From Deltaproteobacteria bacterium (GTDB taxonomy: Bacteria; Myxococcota; Myxococcia; SLRQ01), in NCBI GenBank assembly GCA_029210625.1, contig JARGFU010000001.1:201123-265122 (forward strand): a DNA stretch of 64,000 nt. Reading direction: 5' to 3'. The notes beneath the pieces are model-generated. The model had not been told where the DNA came from. It saw only the letters and a program-made list of their open reading frames with translations, and searched no databases. Each line of letters begins with the position of its first letter. The stretch's first letter is position 1. Made by a program: the position numbers and the translations under genes. This document shows, in pieces, positions 52,858 to 64,000 of the stretch.

Positions 52858-54335
52858 TGGGTTTGGAGCTGAAACAATCGCTGAGGATGTCGCAGCAGCT
52901 GGTCATGACGCCCCAGCTGCAGCAGGCGATCAAGCTCTTGCAGCTCTCCCGCATGGAGCTGGTCGACCTCGTGAGGGAAGAGATGATGGAGAACCCCCTC
53001 CTCGAGGAGGGGCAGGACGACGACGGACCGCGCGAGCGCTCCGCCGACGCCCCGGAGCGGAAGCAGCGCGACGAGGACGTCGAGAACCCCCGGGAGACCG
53101 TGCCCGAGAACGACCCCAAGGCCGAGAAGGCCTCCGAGGACATCGACTGGGAGAGCTACCTCGAGAACTACCAGCAGTTCGGCTCCACCGCGGGCCCCGG
53201 CGTGCGCCCCAACGAGGACCTGCCCGGCGTCGAGCAGACCCTCAGCCAGAGCGACACCCTCTTCGACCACCTGGTCTGGCAGATGCGCCTCTCCAACTTC
53301 ACCGAGGAGGAGGAGCGCGCGGCCCTCTTCATCATCGGCAGCCTCTCCGACGACGGCTACTTCCGCCTCCCCGACGACGACGGTGACCCCCTCATCCGCT
53401 GCGCCCACGAGGCCGAGGTCAGCCTCACGGTGGCCGAGCGGGCCCTGCGCAAGGTGCAGAACTTCGATCCCCTGGGGGTCGCCGCCCGCGACCTGCGCGA
53501 GTGCCTGATGATCCAGGCCCGGGCCATGGGCGAGGACGACACCCTGGTCGGCGAGATCATCCAGCACCACCTCAAGGAGGTGGAGGCCCACAACATCCCG
53601 GCCATCGCCAAGACCCTCAAGGTCAGCATCCCGGCGGTGGCCGAGGCGGTGAAGATCATCACCGACATGGAGCCTCGGCCGGGGCGCCAGTACACCGGGA
53701 GCGAGCCGGTCTACATCACGCCCGACGTCTACGTGCACAAGATCAGCGGCAAGTACGTGACCGTCATCAACGACGACGGCCTCTCCAAGCTGAAGGTCTC
53801 CGCGGCCTACCGGCGCACCCTGAAGAGCGGGGAGGCCGGCGCCGCCAAGGAGTACATCCAGGAGAAGCTGCGCTCGGCCCAGTGGCTGATCCGCTCCATC
53901 CACCAGCGGCAGCGGACCATCTACAAGGTCACCGAGTCGATCGTGAAGTTCCAGCAGGAGTTCTTCGACCAGGGCATCGGCTACCTCAAGCCGCTGATCC
54001 TGCGGGACGTCGCCGAGGACATCGGCATGCACGAGTCGACGGTCTCCCGGGTGACCACCAACAAGTACGTCCACACGCCCCAGGGCATCTACGAGCTGAA
54101 GTTCTTCTTCAACTCGGCCATCACCCGGACCGGTGGCGAGGATCTGGCCAGCGAGGCCGTGAAGTCGAAGATCAAGAAGATCGTCGCCGGAGAGGACCTC
54201 AAGAAGCCCCTCTCGGACCAGAGGATCGTCGCGATCCTCGAGGAGCAGGGCATCGAGATCGCGCGCCGGACGGTGGCGAAGTACCGCGACCAGCTCGGCA
54301 TCCTCCCCTCCTCCAAACGGCGCCGGCTCTACTAG
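52858..54335 (+). CDS. rpoN: RNA polymerase sigma-54 factor
   Basis: N-terminal 'LKQSLRMSQQLVMTPQLQQAIKLLQLS' and the C-terminal 'RpoN box' 'ARRTVAKYR'. Confidence 0.92.
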
Positions 54336-54398
54336 CGCCGCACGCGCTCCCTTCCTCTCACCCCCGGGCCCTCGACCGAACGGCCCCTACCTCCTGAA

Positions 54399-54875
54399 AT
54401 GGCTGATTCCGGCTCCATTCGACTCGCTGATCTCCTCGACCGGGGAGCCCTCCTTCCCGATCTCCAGGCCGGCGCCAAGGACGCGGTCCTCCGCCAGATC
54501 GTCGCGGCCCTCGCCGAGAAGCACGCCGACCTCGACGGCGAGGCGGCCCTGCAGAGCCTGCTCGAGCGCGAGCAGCTCGGCAGCACCGGCGTCGGCGAGG
54601 GGGTGGCCATCCCCCACGCGAAGATCGACGTGCCCGAGGTCCTCGCGGCGCTGGCCCGCTGCCCCGAGGGCGTCGACTTCGAGGCGGTGGACGGTGAGCG
54701 GGTGAAGCTCTTCTTCGTCCTCCTCACCCCCCGCGGCGAGCCGGCCCTCCACCTGAAGGCCCTGGCCCGGGTCTCGCGCATCCTCGGCGGCGCCGAGCTG
54801 CGCGCCGAGCTGCTCGGCTGCGAGACCGGTGAGGCCCTCCACCAGGCCGTGAGAGCCCTGGAGCAGAGGCTCTAG
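54399..54875 (+). CDS. ptsN: PTS IIA-like nitrogen regulatory protein EIIA(Ntr)
   Basis: The 'GVAIPHAK' active-site His region typical of EIIA(Ntr), located downstream of rpoN. Confidence 0.85.
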   Translation: MADSGSIRLADLLDRGALLPDLQAGAKDAVLRQIVAALAEKHADLDGEAALQSLLEREQLGSTGVGEGVAIPHAKIDVPEVLAALARCPEGVDFEAVDGERVKLFFVLLTPRGEPALHLKALARVSRILGGAELRAELLGCETGEALHQAVRALEQRL

Positions 54876-54878
54876 CGC

Positions 54879-55844
54879 ATGTCCTCGGTGCCCATCTCCC
54901 AGCTGCTCAAGGAGGCCAGCGATCTGCGCCTCGAGCCGCTGGCTGGAGGAGAGAGGGGCACCGCGCGGCGCATCGCCTCCACCCGGATCCAGAAGCCCGG
55001 GCTGGCCCTGGTGGGCCACGACGTGGGCCTGCACAGTGAGCGGCTGGCCGTCTTCGGTAACACCGAGATGTCCTTCGTGCGCAGCCTGGACCACGAGGGC
55101 CTGGAGCGCGCCGCCGAGACCCTCTTCGGCCGGGGCGTGGCCGCCCTGGTGATCACCAAGAGCTTCGATCCGCCGCCCGTCTTCGTGAAGGCCGCCAACG
55201 ACGCCGGGATCTGCATCCTGGGGACCCCGCTCCTCTCGGGCGCCTTCATCACCCGGGTGACCGCCTTCCTCGAGGACGCCCTCGCCCCCTCGACCAGCCT
55301 CCACGGGGTGCTCATCGACGTGCTGGGGGTGGGGGTGCTCATCCTGGGGAAGAGCGGCATCGGCAAGAGCGAGGCGGCCCTCGACCTCGTCCGCCGCGGC
55401 CACCGGCTCGTGGCCGATGACATCGTCGACATCAAGCGCCTGCGGCGGCTGCTCTTCGGTCAGGGCTCCGAGCTGATCCGCCACCACATGGAGATCCGGG
55501 GCATCGGGATCATCAACATCAAGGACCTCTTCGGCGTCGGCGCGGTGCGCGAGCGCAAGAAGATCGAGATGGTGATCGAGCTCGTCGACTGGGATCCCCA
55601 CGTGCAGTACGACCGCCTGGGCGTCGAGGACCACACCTTCGAGATCCTCGACATCACGGTGCCCGAGCTCACCATCCCCGTGCGGCCCGGCCGGAACATC
55701 ACGACCCTGATCGAGGTCGCCGCCCGCAACCACCTCCTCAAGCTGCAGGGCCACCACTCGGCGCTGGAGTTCCAGGAGCAGCTCAACCGCGCCATCGCCG
55801 AGGCCGGCTTCGCCCAGGCCATCACCGCGGACGAGGTCGAGTGA
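54879..55844 (+). CDS. hprK: HPr kinase/phosphorylase
   Basis: Walker A 'GKSGIGKSE' and overall HprK length and pattern. Confidence 0.9.
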   Translation: MSSVPISQLLKEASDLRLEPLAGGERGTARRIASTRIQKPGLALVGHDVGLHSERLAVFGNTEMSFVRSLDHEGLERAAETLFGRGVAALVITKSFDPPPVFVKAANDAGICILGTPLLSGAFITRVTAFLEDALAPSTSLHGVLIDVLGVGVLILGKSGIGKSEAALDLVRRGHRLVADDIVDIKRLRRLLFGQGSELIRHHMEIRGIGIINIKDLFGVGAVRERKKIEMVIELVDWDPHVQYDRLGVEDHTFEILDITVPELTIPVRPGRNITTLIEVAARNHLLKLQGHHSALEFQEQLNRAIAEAGFAQAITADEVE

Positions 55845-56719
55845 TGGGCGCCAACCTCGCCCAGATCGTCATCGTCACCGGCCTCTCGGGGTCGGGGAAG
55901 TCCACGGCCCTGCGGGCCCTGGAGGACCTCGGCTTCTTCTGCATCGACAACCTCCCCATCGTCCTCTTGCCCCGCCTCCTCGAGCTGGGCAGCCACACCT
56001 CCGAGACGGTGCAGTCCCTGGGGCTGGTGGTCGACGCCCGGGAGACCGAGTTCCTCCCCGACGCCCCGGAGATCGTGCGGGAGGCCCGCCACCAGGGCCA
56101 CGAGGTCGAGGTCCTCTTCCTCGACGCCACCGATCCGGTCCTGCTGCGCCGCTTCTCCGAGACCCGCCGCCGTCACCCGCTGGCCACCGCCGGCTCGGTC
56201 GAGGCCGGCATCGCCGCCGAGCGCGAGGCCCTCGAGGCCCTCCGGCAGCTGGCCGACGAGGTGATCGACACCAGCGGCCTCTCGGTGCACGAGCTCGGCC
56301 GCATCATCCAGGACCGCCACGGCAGCTCCGAGGCCCACGAGGGCCCCCGGGTCACGGTGCTCTCCTTCGGCTTCAAGCACGGCCTGCCCCCCCAGGCCGA
56401 CCTGGTCTTCGACTGCCGCTTCCTGCCCAACCCCTACTTCGTGGACGAGCTGCGCCCCAAGTCCGGCCAGGACCCGGAGGTGGCGGACTACGTCTTCGAC
56501 AAGGCCGAGGCCGGCGAGCTCCTCGAGCGCCTCGACGCGCTGCTGGGCTGGCTGCTTCCTTTCTTCCAGAACGAGCGCAAGCGCTACCTGACCGTGGCCA
56601 TCGGCTGCACCGGCGGGCAGCACCGCTCGGTGGCCATGGCCGAGCGGCTGGCCCAGCGGCTGGCGGCTCGCCAGCTTCCCATCACCCTGCGACACCGGGA
56701 CATGAAAGCGACACCATGA
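55841..56719 (+). CDS. rapZ: RNase adapter protein RapZ (YhbJ family P-loop protein)
   Basis: '[15 protein letters not shown]' P-loop. The start overlaps the hprK stop. Confidence 0.9.
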   Translation: MMGANLAQIVIVTGLSGSGKSTALRALEDLGFFCIDNLPIVLLPRLLELGSHTSETVQSLGLVVDARETEFLPDAPEIVREARHQGHEVEVLFLDATDPVLLRRFSETRRRHPLATAGSVEAGIAAEREALEALRQLADEVIDTSGLSVHELGRIIQDRHGSSEAHEGPRVTVLSFGFKHGLPPQADLVFDCRFLPNPYFVDELRPKSGQDPEVADYVFDKAEAGELLERLDALLGWLLPFFQNERKRYLTVAIGCTGGQHRSVAMAERLAQRLAARQLPITLRHRDMKATP

Positions 56720-56985
56720 TGGCAAAGGGTACCTTCGACGTGATCAACAAGCTCGGGCTGCACGCCCGGGCTGCGGCCACCCTGGTCAAGGAGACCAACC
56801 GCTTCGAGAGCGAGGTCTTCCTGATCCGGGATGGCAACGAGGTCAACGGAAAGAGCATCATGGGGGTGCTCACCCTGGCCGCAGCCCAGGGCACCTCGGT
56901 GGAGGTCCGCTGCGAGGGCTCCGATGCCCAGGCCGCCCTCTCGGCCATCGAGGCCGTCTTCCGCAGCGGCTTCGGCGAAGACTAG
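56716..56985 (+). CDS. ptsH: Phosphocarrier protein HPr / NPr
   Basis: 89 aa. The 'GLHARAAA' active-site His15 region and 'NGKSIMGV' Ser46 region. Confidence 0.85.
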   Translation: MMAKGTFDVINKLGLHARAAATLVKETNRFESEVFLIRDGNEVNGKSIMGVLTLAAAQGTSVEVRCEGSDAQAALSAIEAVFRSGFGED

Positions 56986-57002
56986 GAGACGAAGACGAGA
57001 AC

Positions 57003-58802
<1,800 letters not shown>

Positions 58803-58902
58803 GCGCCGTCCCGGGCCCAGCGCCCGGCGGCTTGACCGCTCAGCCTCGGGGCCGTACTTTGCGCCCTCTTAAAGTCCCTGTTTTCCCTGATCCCGTGGGG
58901 GT

Positions 58903-60090
58903 ATGCCCGCAATGCCTGCCAAGAGCTTCCTGTTCACTTCCGAGTCGGTCACCGGGGGTCACCCCGACAAGATGGCCGACCAGATCTCCGATGCCGTTCT
59001 CGACGCCGCCCTGAAGGACGACCCCAAGAGCCGCGTCGCCTGTGAGGCCCTCCTGAAGACCGGCTTCGTCGCCCTGGCCGGTGAGATCACCACCCGCGCG
59101 ACCATCGACTACCCGGCCATCGTGCGCCGGGTCGTCACCGAGATCGGCTACACCGACAGCGCCATGGGCTTCGACGCCGCCACCTGCGCGGTGCTCTGCG
59201 CCGTCGAGGGTCAGAGCCCCGACATCGCCATGGGCGTCGACGAGGGCGCGGGCGACCACGAGGAGCAGGGCGCCGGCGACCAGGGCATGATGTTCGGCTA
59301 CGCCTGCGACGAGACCGACGTGCTGATGCCGGCGCCGATCCACTACGCCCACCAGCTCTCCACCCAGCTCACCAAGGTGCGCGCCGAGGGGACGCTCCCC
59401 TACCTGCGCCCCGACGGGAAGAGCCAGGTCACCGTCCGCTATGAAGACGGCAAGCCCGTCGCCATCGACGCGGTCGTCATCTCCTCCCAGCACGCGGAGA
59501 TGGACATGGCGAAGCTTCGCAAGGAGATCCGCGAGTCGGTCATCGACCCGATCCTCCCCGCGGAGCTGATGCACGACGGCACCGCCGTCCACATCAACCC
59601 CACCGGCCGCTTCGTGGTCGGCGGCCCCATGGGCGACGCAGGCCTCACCGGCCGGAAGATCATCGTCGACACCTACGGCGGCATGGGCCGGCACGGCGGC
59701 GGCGCCTTCTCGGGCAAGGACCCCTCGAAGGTCGACCGCTCGGCCGCCTACATGTCCCGCTACGTGGCCAAGAACGTCGTCGCGGCGGGCCTGGCCCGGC
59801 GCTGCGAGGTCCAGCTGGCCTACGCCATCGGCGTCGCCGAGCCCGTCTCGGTGATGGTCGACACCTTCGGCACCGGCTCCATCGACGACGCCCGGATCGC
59901 CGAGCTCGTCCGGAAGCACTTCGGCCTGAAGCCCCGGGACATCGTCGAGGGCCTCGACCTGCTGCGGCCGATCTACCAGATCACCGCCACCGGCGGTCAC
60001 TTCGGGCGCACCGAGGAGAGCTTCACCTGGGAGCGCACCGACAAGGCCAGCGCCCTCGCCGCCGACGCCGGCGTGAAGAAGGCGTCCTGA
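58903..60090 (+). CDS. metK: S-adenosylmethionine synthetase
   Basis: '[25 protein letters not shown]', '[12 protein letters not shown]' and '[19 protein letters not shown]'. Confidence 0.95.
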   Translation: MPAMPAKSFLFTSESVTGGHPDKMADQISDAVLDAALKDDPKSRVACEALLKTGFVALAGEITTRATIDYPAIVRRVVTEIGYTDSAMGFDAATCAVLCAVEGQSPDIAMGVDEGAGDHEEQGAGDQGMMFGYACDETDVLMPAPIHYAHQLSTQLTKVRAEGTLPYLRPDGKSQVTVRYEDGKPVAIDAVVISSQHAEMDMAKLRKEIRESVIDPILPAELMHDGTAVHINPTGRFVVGGPMGDAGLTGRKIIVDTYGGMGRHGGGAFSGKDPSKVDRSAAYMSRYVAKNVVAAGLARRCEVQLAYAIGVAEPVSVMVDTFGTGSIDDARIAELVRKHFGLKPRDIVEGLDLLRPIYQITATGGHFGRTEESFTWERTDKASALAADAGVKKAS

Positions 60091-60115
60091 CCCTCGGGTC
60101 GAGCACCAGACGGAC

Positions 60116-60961
60116 GTGACGATCCTCGATGCGGTGATCCTCGGCGTGGTGCAGGGGATCACCGAGTTCCTGCCGATCTCCTCCTCGGGCCACCTCGTGG
60201 TGGGGCAGCACGCCCTGGGCCTGAAGAGCGAGGGCGGCGGGGTGCTCTTCGAGGTCGTCGTCCACGCCGGCAGCCTCCTGGCGGTGCTGGCGGTCTATGC
60301 CAACGACCTCTGGCGGATCCTCCTGGCCTCCCTGCGGGCGCTGCCCGCCTTCTTCCAGGGCCGCTTCGCCGAGAGCATCGCCGATCCCGAGGCGCGCCTC
60401 GGCGCCTTCATCGTGCTGGGCACGATCCCCACCGGCCTGATGGGCGTCGCCCTGAAGGACCTCTTCGAGTCCCTCTTCGGTAGCCTCAGCGCGGTGGGGG
60501 CGGCCTTCCTCCTCACCGGCCTCCTCCTCTGGATCTCCGGGAGGATCAGCGCCCGGCAGCAGGGCGAGGCCCGGGGCCCGGAGTCCCTGCGGGTGCGCGA
60601 CGCGCTGATCGTGGGCGTGGCCCAGGGCATCGCCATCACCCCCGGCATCTCCCGCTCGGGCACCACGATCGCCACGGCGATGATCCTGGGGATCGACCGC
60701 TCCCTCGCGGCGCGCTTCTCCTTCCTGCTCTCCATCCCCGCCATCCTGGGCGCGCTGGTGCTGCACCTGAAGGACGGCGTGGGCGCGCTCGAGGCCGGGG
60801 CCGGCGTCTTCCTGGCGGGCTTCCTCGCCGCCGCGATCAGCGGCTACCTCGCCCTGCGGCTCCTGCTGGTCCTGGTCGACCGGGGCCGCTTCGGCGTCTT
60901 CGCCTACTACCTCTGGCCCCTGGGCCTGGCGGTGCTGGGATGGGCACTCGCGGGCGGGTAG
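60116..60961 (+). CDS. uppP: Undecaprenyl-diphosphate phosphatase
   Basis: 'GITEFLPISSSGHL' and 'SRSGTTI' BacA/UppP motifs. Confidence 0.9.
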   Translation: MTILDAVILGVVQGITEFLPISSSGHLVVGQHALGLKSEGGGVLFEVVVHAGSLLAVLAVYANDLWRILLASLRALPAFFQGRFAESIADPEARLGAFIVLGTIPTGLMGVALKDLFESLFGSLSAVGAAFLLTGLLLWISGRISARQQGEARGPESLRVRDALIVGVAQGIAITPGISRSGTTIATAMILGIDRSLAARFSFLLSIPAILGALVLHLKDGVGALEAGAGVFLAGFLAAAISGYLALRLLLVLVDRGRFGVFAYYLWPLGLAVLGWALAGG

Positions 60962-62514
60962 GCGAGCGGCGCTCGCCACCGGCGGAGCGGGGACCTCGAC
61001 CCCCTCGCCCGCTGCAGCCCGGCCCGGACAGCCGGAAGAACCAGGTCAGCAGCGCCATCGGCGCCGCCAAGCTCAACGGGAGGTTCTACACTCCCCTCGA
61101 GGTCGCCGACGCGATGCTGGAGCGGGTGCGCTGGCCGGCCGGCGGTGGCTCCCTCCTGGACCCGGCCTGCGGCGAGGGCGTCTTCCTCGAGGCGGCCCTG
61201 CGCAAGATCGCCCGCCTGCGGCTCTCCCGGGAGGATCTGGACCAGGTCTCCCTGGCGGGCTGGGATCTCGACCCGGAGGCGCTGCGCGAGGCGCGGCGCG
61301 GGCTCGCGGCCACCATCGCCGGCTACGGCCTGCCCATGCTGCTGATGCCGCGCCTCCACCACCGCGACGCCCTCGAGACCCCGATCCTCCAGCCCGCCTG
61401 CGTGGTGGGGAACCCCCCCTACCTCGAGTCGAAGCGGATGCCCGAGGCGCTCAAGGCCCGGATCCGCGAGCGCTTCCCGGCCGCGGCCACCGGGGCCTTC
61501 GATCTCTACGGGGCCTTCGTCGCCCTGACCCTGGAGGCCGAGCCCGAGGAGCTCTCCCTCCTCCTGCCCAACCGCTTCCTGGTGACCGCCAACGCCGCGG
61601 CCCTGCGGCGGGAGCTGCAGGCCCGCTACGAGCTCGAGATCACCGACCTCTCCCGGGAGCGGGTCTTCGGGGACGCCGCGGTCTACCCGGTGGTGATCCA
61701 CGGCCGGCGACGGAAGGCCCGCGCGCGCGCGGCGCCCGAGGCGCGCTCTCGCGATCGGCGCGAGGCGGTGCTGCCGATCCTCCCTCCCCCGGGCCCGGCC
61801 CGCGAGCTCTTCCGGCGCCTGCGCGACGACGAGACGCTGCCGCGCCTCGCCGACGCCCTCGAGATCCGCTGGACGGTCTCCTTTCACCGCGCGGGCCTGC
61901 GCGACGCCTTCGTCTCCCCGCCCGAGGCCGGCCACCCCGCGAGCCCCCACGCCCGCCCCTTCCTCGGGGGCCAGCGCTTCTCCGGGAACCGCGAGGTGGA
62001 GCCCTGCCGGATCGCCTGGCGCGGCGCCCACATCGACTACGACGAGGCGCGGGCCCGGGCGGCGAAGAACCCCCTGCCCCCGCTCGGCCTCTTCGAGGGG
62101 CCCGCCCTGGTGATCTGTCAGAACGCCCGCCGCCTGCGCTGCGCGGTCGACACCGAGGGCCACGTGCTGAAGGACACCTTCCTCCACGGGCGCCCGCGCG
62201 GCGGCGGCGTGCGCGGGTTGAAGTGGCTGGCCCTCGTGCTGCAATCGGACCTGATGCACTTCTTCTACGAGCACCTCTGGGGCGGAACCCGGAAGGCGGG
62301 CGGCCACCTCCACTTCCTCGGCCGCACCCTCGAGGGCCTGCCCCTGCCCCCCGGGAAGCCCCCCGCCGGGGTCGAGGCGCTCTACCGGCGCATCGGAGAG
62401 GGCGACCAGGCGGCCAGGGCTCGGGCCGAGGCGCTGGTGCGCGCCGCCTACGGCGTGACCGCCACCGAGGAGGCCGCCCTGGCCGCCTACCCCTTCCCTC
62501 CCCCGGGGGCGTGA
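60940..62514 (+). CDS. Gamma-class N6-adenine (Eco57I/TaqI-like) SAM-dependent methyltransferase with ~250-aa C-terminal domain; apparently orphan
   Basis: Motif I 'LDPACGEGVFL' and motif IV 'VVGNPPYLE'. No adjacent nuclease gene. The start overlaps the uppP 3' end by ~22 bp and is uncertain. Confidence 0.65.
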   Translation: MGTRGRVGERRSPPAERGPRPPRPLQPGPDSRKNQVSSAIGAAKLNGRFYTPLEVADAMLERVRWPAGGGSLLDPACGEGVFLEAALRKIARLRLSREDLDQVSLAGWDLDPEALREARRGLAATIAGYGLPMLLMPRLHHRDALETPILQPACVVGNPPYLESKRMPEALKARIRERFPAAATGAFDLYGAFVALTLEAEPEELSLLLPNRFLVTANAAALRRELQARYELEITDLSRERVFGDAAVYPVVIHGRRRKARARAAPEARSRDRREAVLPILPPPGPARELFRRLRDDETLPRLADALEIRWTVSFHRAGLRDAFVSPPEAGHPASPHARPFLGGQRFSGNREVEPCRIAWRGAHIDYDEARARAAKNPLPPLGLFEGPALVICQNARRLRCAVDTEGHVLKDTFLHGRPRGGGVRGLKWLALVLQSDLMHFFYEHLWGGTRKAGGHLHFLGRTLEGLPLPPGKPPAGVEALYRRIGEGDQAARARAEALVRAAYGVTATEEAALAAYPFPPPGA

Positions 62515-62611
62515 TTCGTCGCTCGGCGCCCCTCCCGGCGTAGAGGCTGATGGGAACTGCATCCTCCCCGGGCTTGCGGTACGATCCCCTGCTCGACGGG
62601 GACGCTTCAGG

Positions 62612-63580
62612 ATGAGCGACGAGAAGACAAGCGAGGACGCGGGGCGCGGCGCCGACGACACGATCGTCCAGCCGACGATCCCCGAGCCCGGCGACGGGGA
62701 AGGCCACACCGAGGAGGTGGGGCTGGTCTCGGTGGAGGCCGAGCACATCGGCACCCGGGACTCGGAGGCCCCCACCAAGATGGTGGCCCTCCTCGATCCC
62801 GAGGGCCCAGAGGACACCCTGCGGGAGGTGCCCCCTCCCCTGCGGCCCTCCACCCCCGGCGCCCGCACGCACCGCAGGGCGGACCCGCCCCTCGGGGCCG
62901 GCGATCGGGACGCCGAGGCCGGCAGCGGACGCTGGACCGGCACGAAGACCGTGCTCCACGTGACCCTCACGGGCCTCGGCCTCCACGCCGCGGGCGATCC
63001 CGCCGCGGCCGAGGCCGCCTACCTCGAGGGCCTCGATCAGCTCCTGGGCGGCCATCCCCTGCGCGCCACCGGCGGCCGGGTCTACGCCGCCGGCTCCACC
63101 GTGAAGGCCGCCCGCGCCGCCTTCGAGCTCCTCGAGCAGCTCGAGGCCGAGGGCCGGAGCCTCTCTCCCGAGCGGAGGATCTCGGCTCGCTTCGGCCTGG
63201 CCCGGGGCCCCCTCGGGAGCGACGCCGAGGGGAGCGAGGCCGCCGAGGCCAGCGCCGCCTTCCGCACCGCGGTCACCCTCGGCGCCAGCGCCGGGGCCGG
63301 AGAGGTCCTCGCCTCGTCCGAGGTGGTCGAGGACCTGGGCACCTCGGGGGTGCGAGCCGAGCGCGTGGGCAAGCGCTCGGTGGAGGGCCTCGACGAGCTG
63401 ATCGTGGCGCACCGCCTCCTCCACGTCGATCCCACCCTCGCCCTCCCCTCCGTGCGCCCCGAGGCGCCTCGCCCGGCCCCCCCCGCCCCGCCCCTCCTCC
63501 CCGGGCGCGGCGTGCTGCTCGTCGCCGGCGCGGCGCTGCTCCTCGGCCTGGGCATCCTGATCGGGTACCTGCTGCGATGA
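62612..63580 (+). CDS. Hypothetical C-terminally membrane-anchored protein
   Basis: Acidic N-terminus, Pro-rich segment and a C-terminal TM 'VLLVAGAALLLGLGILIGYLL'. The stop overlaps the next kinase start (ATGA). Confidence 0.45.
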   Translation: MSDEKTSEDAGRGADDTIVQPTIPEPGDGEGHTEEVGLVSVEAEHIGTRDSEAPTKMVALLDPEGPEDTLREVPPPLRPSTPGARTHRRADPPLGAGDRDAEAGSGRWTGTKTVLHVTLTGLGLHAAGDPAAAEAAYLEGLDQLLGGHPLRATGGRVYAAGSTVKAARAAFELLEQLEAEGRSLSPERRISARFGLARGPLGSDAEGSEAAEASAAFRTAVTLGASAGAGEVLASSEVVEDLGTSGVRAERVGKRSVEGLDELIVAHRLLHVDPTLALPSVRPEAPRPAPPAPPLLPGRGVLLVAGAALLLGLGILIGYLLR

Positions 63581-64000
63581 GTCGGACGGATCTCGAGGGC
63601 ACCGAGCTCGACGGCCGCTACCGCCTCGAGAGCCTCCTGGGCGACGGCGGGATGGGCCAGGTCTTCCGGGCCACCCAGCTCTCCCTCGAGCGCACGGTCG
63701 CGGTGAAGCTCCTGCGGGAGGAGGTCTCGACCGACGATCAGATGCGGCAGCGCTTCGACCGGGAGGCGAAGATCCTCTCGGGGCTGGACCACCCCGGCAT
63801 CGTGCGGGTGCACGACTACGGCGTGCACGAGGGCTGCCCCTACCTGGTGATGGACCTCGTCCAGGGTCGCACCCTCGAGGCGCACCTGCGCGAGCGGGGC
63901 CAGCTCGCGCCGGCCGAGGTGAAGGCGATCCTCGTGCAGATCTGCGATGCCCTGAGCCACGCCCACGAGGCGGGCATCGTCCACCGCGACCTGAAGCCCG
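63580..64000 (+). CDS. Ser/Thr protein kinase, N-terminal part (3'-truncated by window edge)
   Basis: 'LGDGGMGQVFRA', 'VAVKLL' and 'HRDLKP' Hanks motifs. Confidence 0.8.

Noticed and set aside
54336-54398. Expected hpf (ribosome hibernation factor) between rpoN and ptsN
   Set aside because: The gap is only 63 bp. No ORF is present.
58803-58902. Possible SAM riboswitch upstream of metK
   Set aside because: The spacer is only ~100 bp and no conserved SAM-I or SAM-II helices or junction motifs are recognisable. There is only a GC hairpin (possible ptsI terminator) and a weak TTGACC-17-TACTTT promoter-like match.

Overview
This is a high-GC (about 70%) chromosomal segment. Its gene content (three eukaryotic-like Ser/Thr kinases, five sensor histidine kinases of which four are hybrid, a DUF4388 protein and DGG-rich lipoprotein linkers) suggests Myxococcota or a related high-GC delta-type lineage. 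Coding density is high, and many long ORFs in the six-frame track are antisense or out-of-frame GC artefacts, which I did not call.

Core content:
- A KDO/CMP-KDO operon: kdsB-pyrG-kdsA-kdsC plus a small membrane protein.
- A conserved lptC-lptA-lptB-rpoN-ptsN-hprK-rapZ-ptsH-ptsI cluster, followed by metK and uppP.
- A TonB-dependent receptor, dksA, a cytochrome c peroxidase, metY, an acyl-CoA dehydrogenase and an LpxL-type acyltransferase.

Accessory and signalling content:
- Histidine kinases, Ser/Thr kinases, a GH31 hydrolase, an aldo/keto reductase, an APH-family kinase, and a secreted endonuclease I/LTD nuclease.

I found no CRISPR array, no phage or integrase genes and no obvious defence island.

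Observations most worth a second look:
1. Two near-identical ~167-bp MITE-like elements with ~26-bp terminal inverted repeats sit in direct orientation around a 1.3-kb cassette carrying an APH-family kinase and a small ORF. One copy supplies the stop codon of the GH31 gene. A solo terminal-repeat remnant lies at ~32.87 kb.
2. Two genes, the secreted nuclease and the DUF4388 protein, are each broken by a +1 indel inside a G9/C8 homopolymer.
3. A single polypeptide fuses acetate kinase to a PduL-type phosphotransacylase.
4. An NhaP-type cation/H+ antiporter carries a C-terminal PTS EIIA(Ntr)-type domain, in the same window as the complete PTS(Ntr) phosphorelay.
5. Small zinc-ribbon and STAS-like proteins are translationally coupled to hybrid histidine kinases.
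6. A Ser/Thr kinase carries an N-terminal anti-sigma-type HxxxCxxC zinc motif.
7. An orphan gamma-class N6-adenine methyltransferase overlaps uppP immediately downstream of metK.
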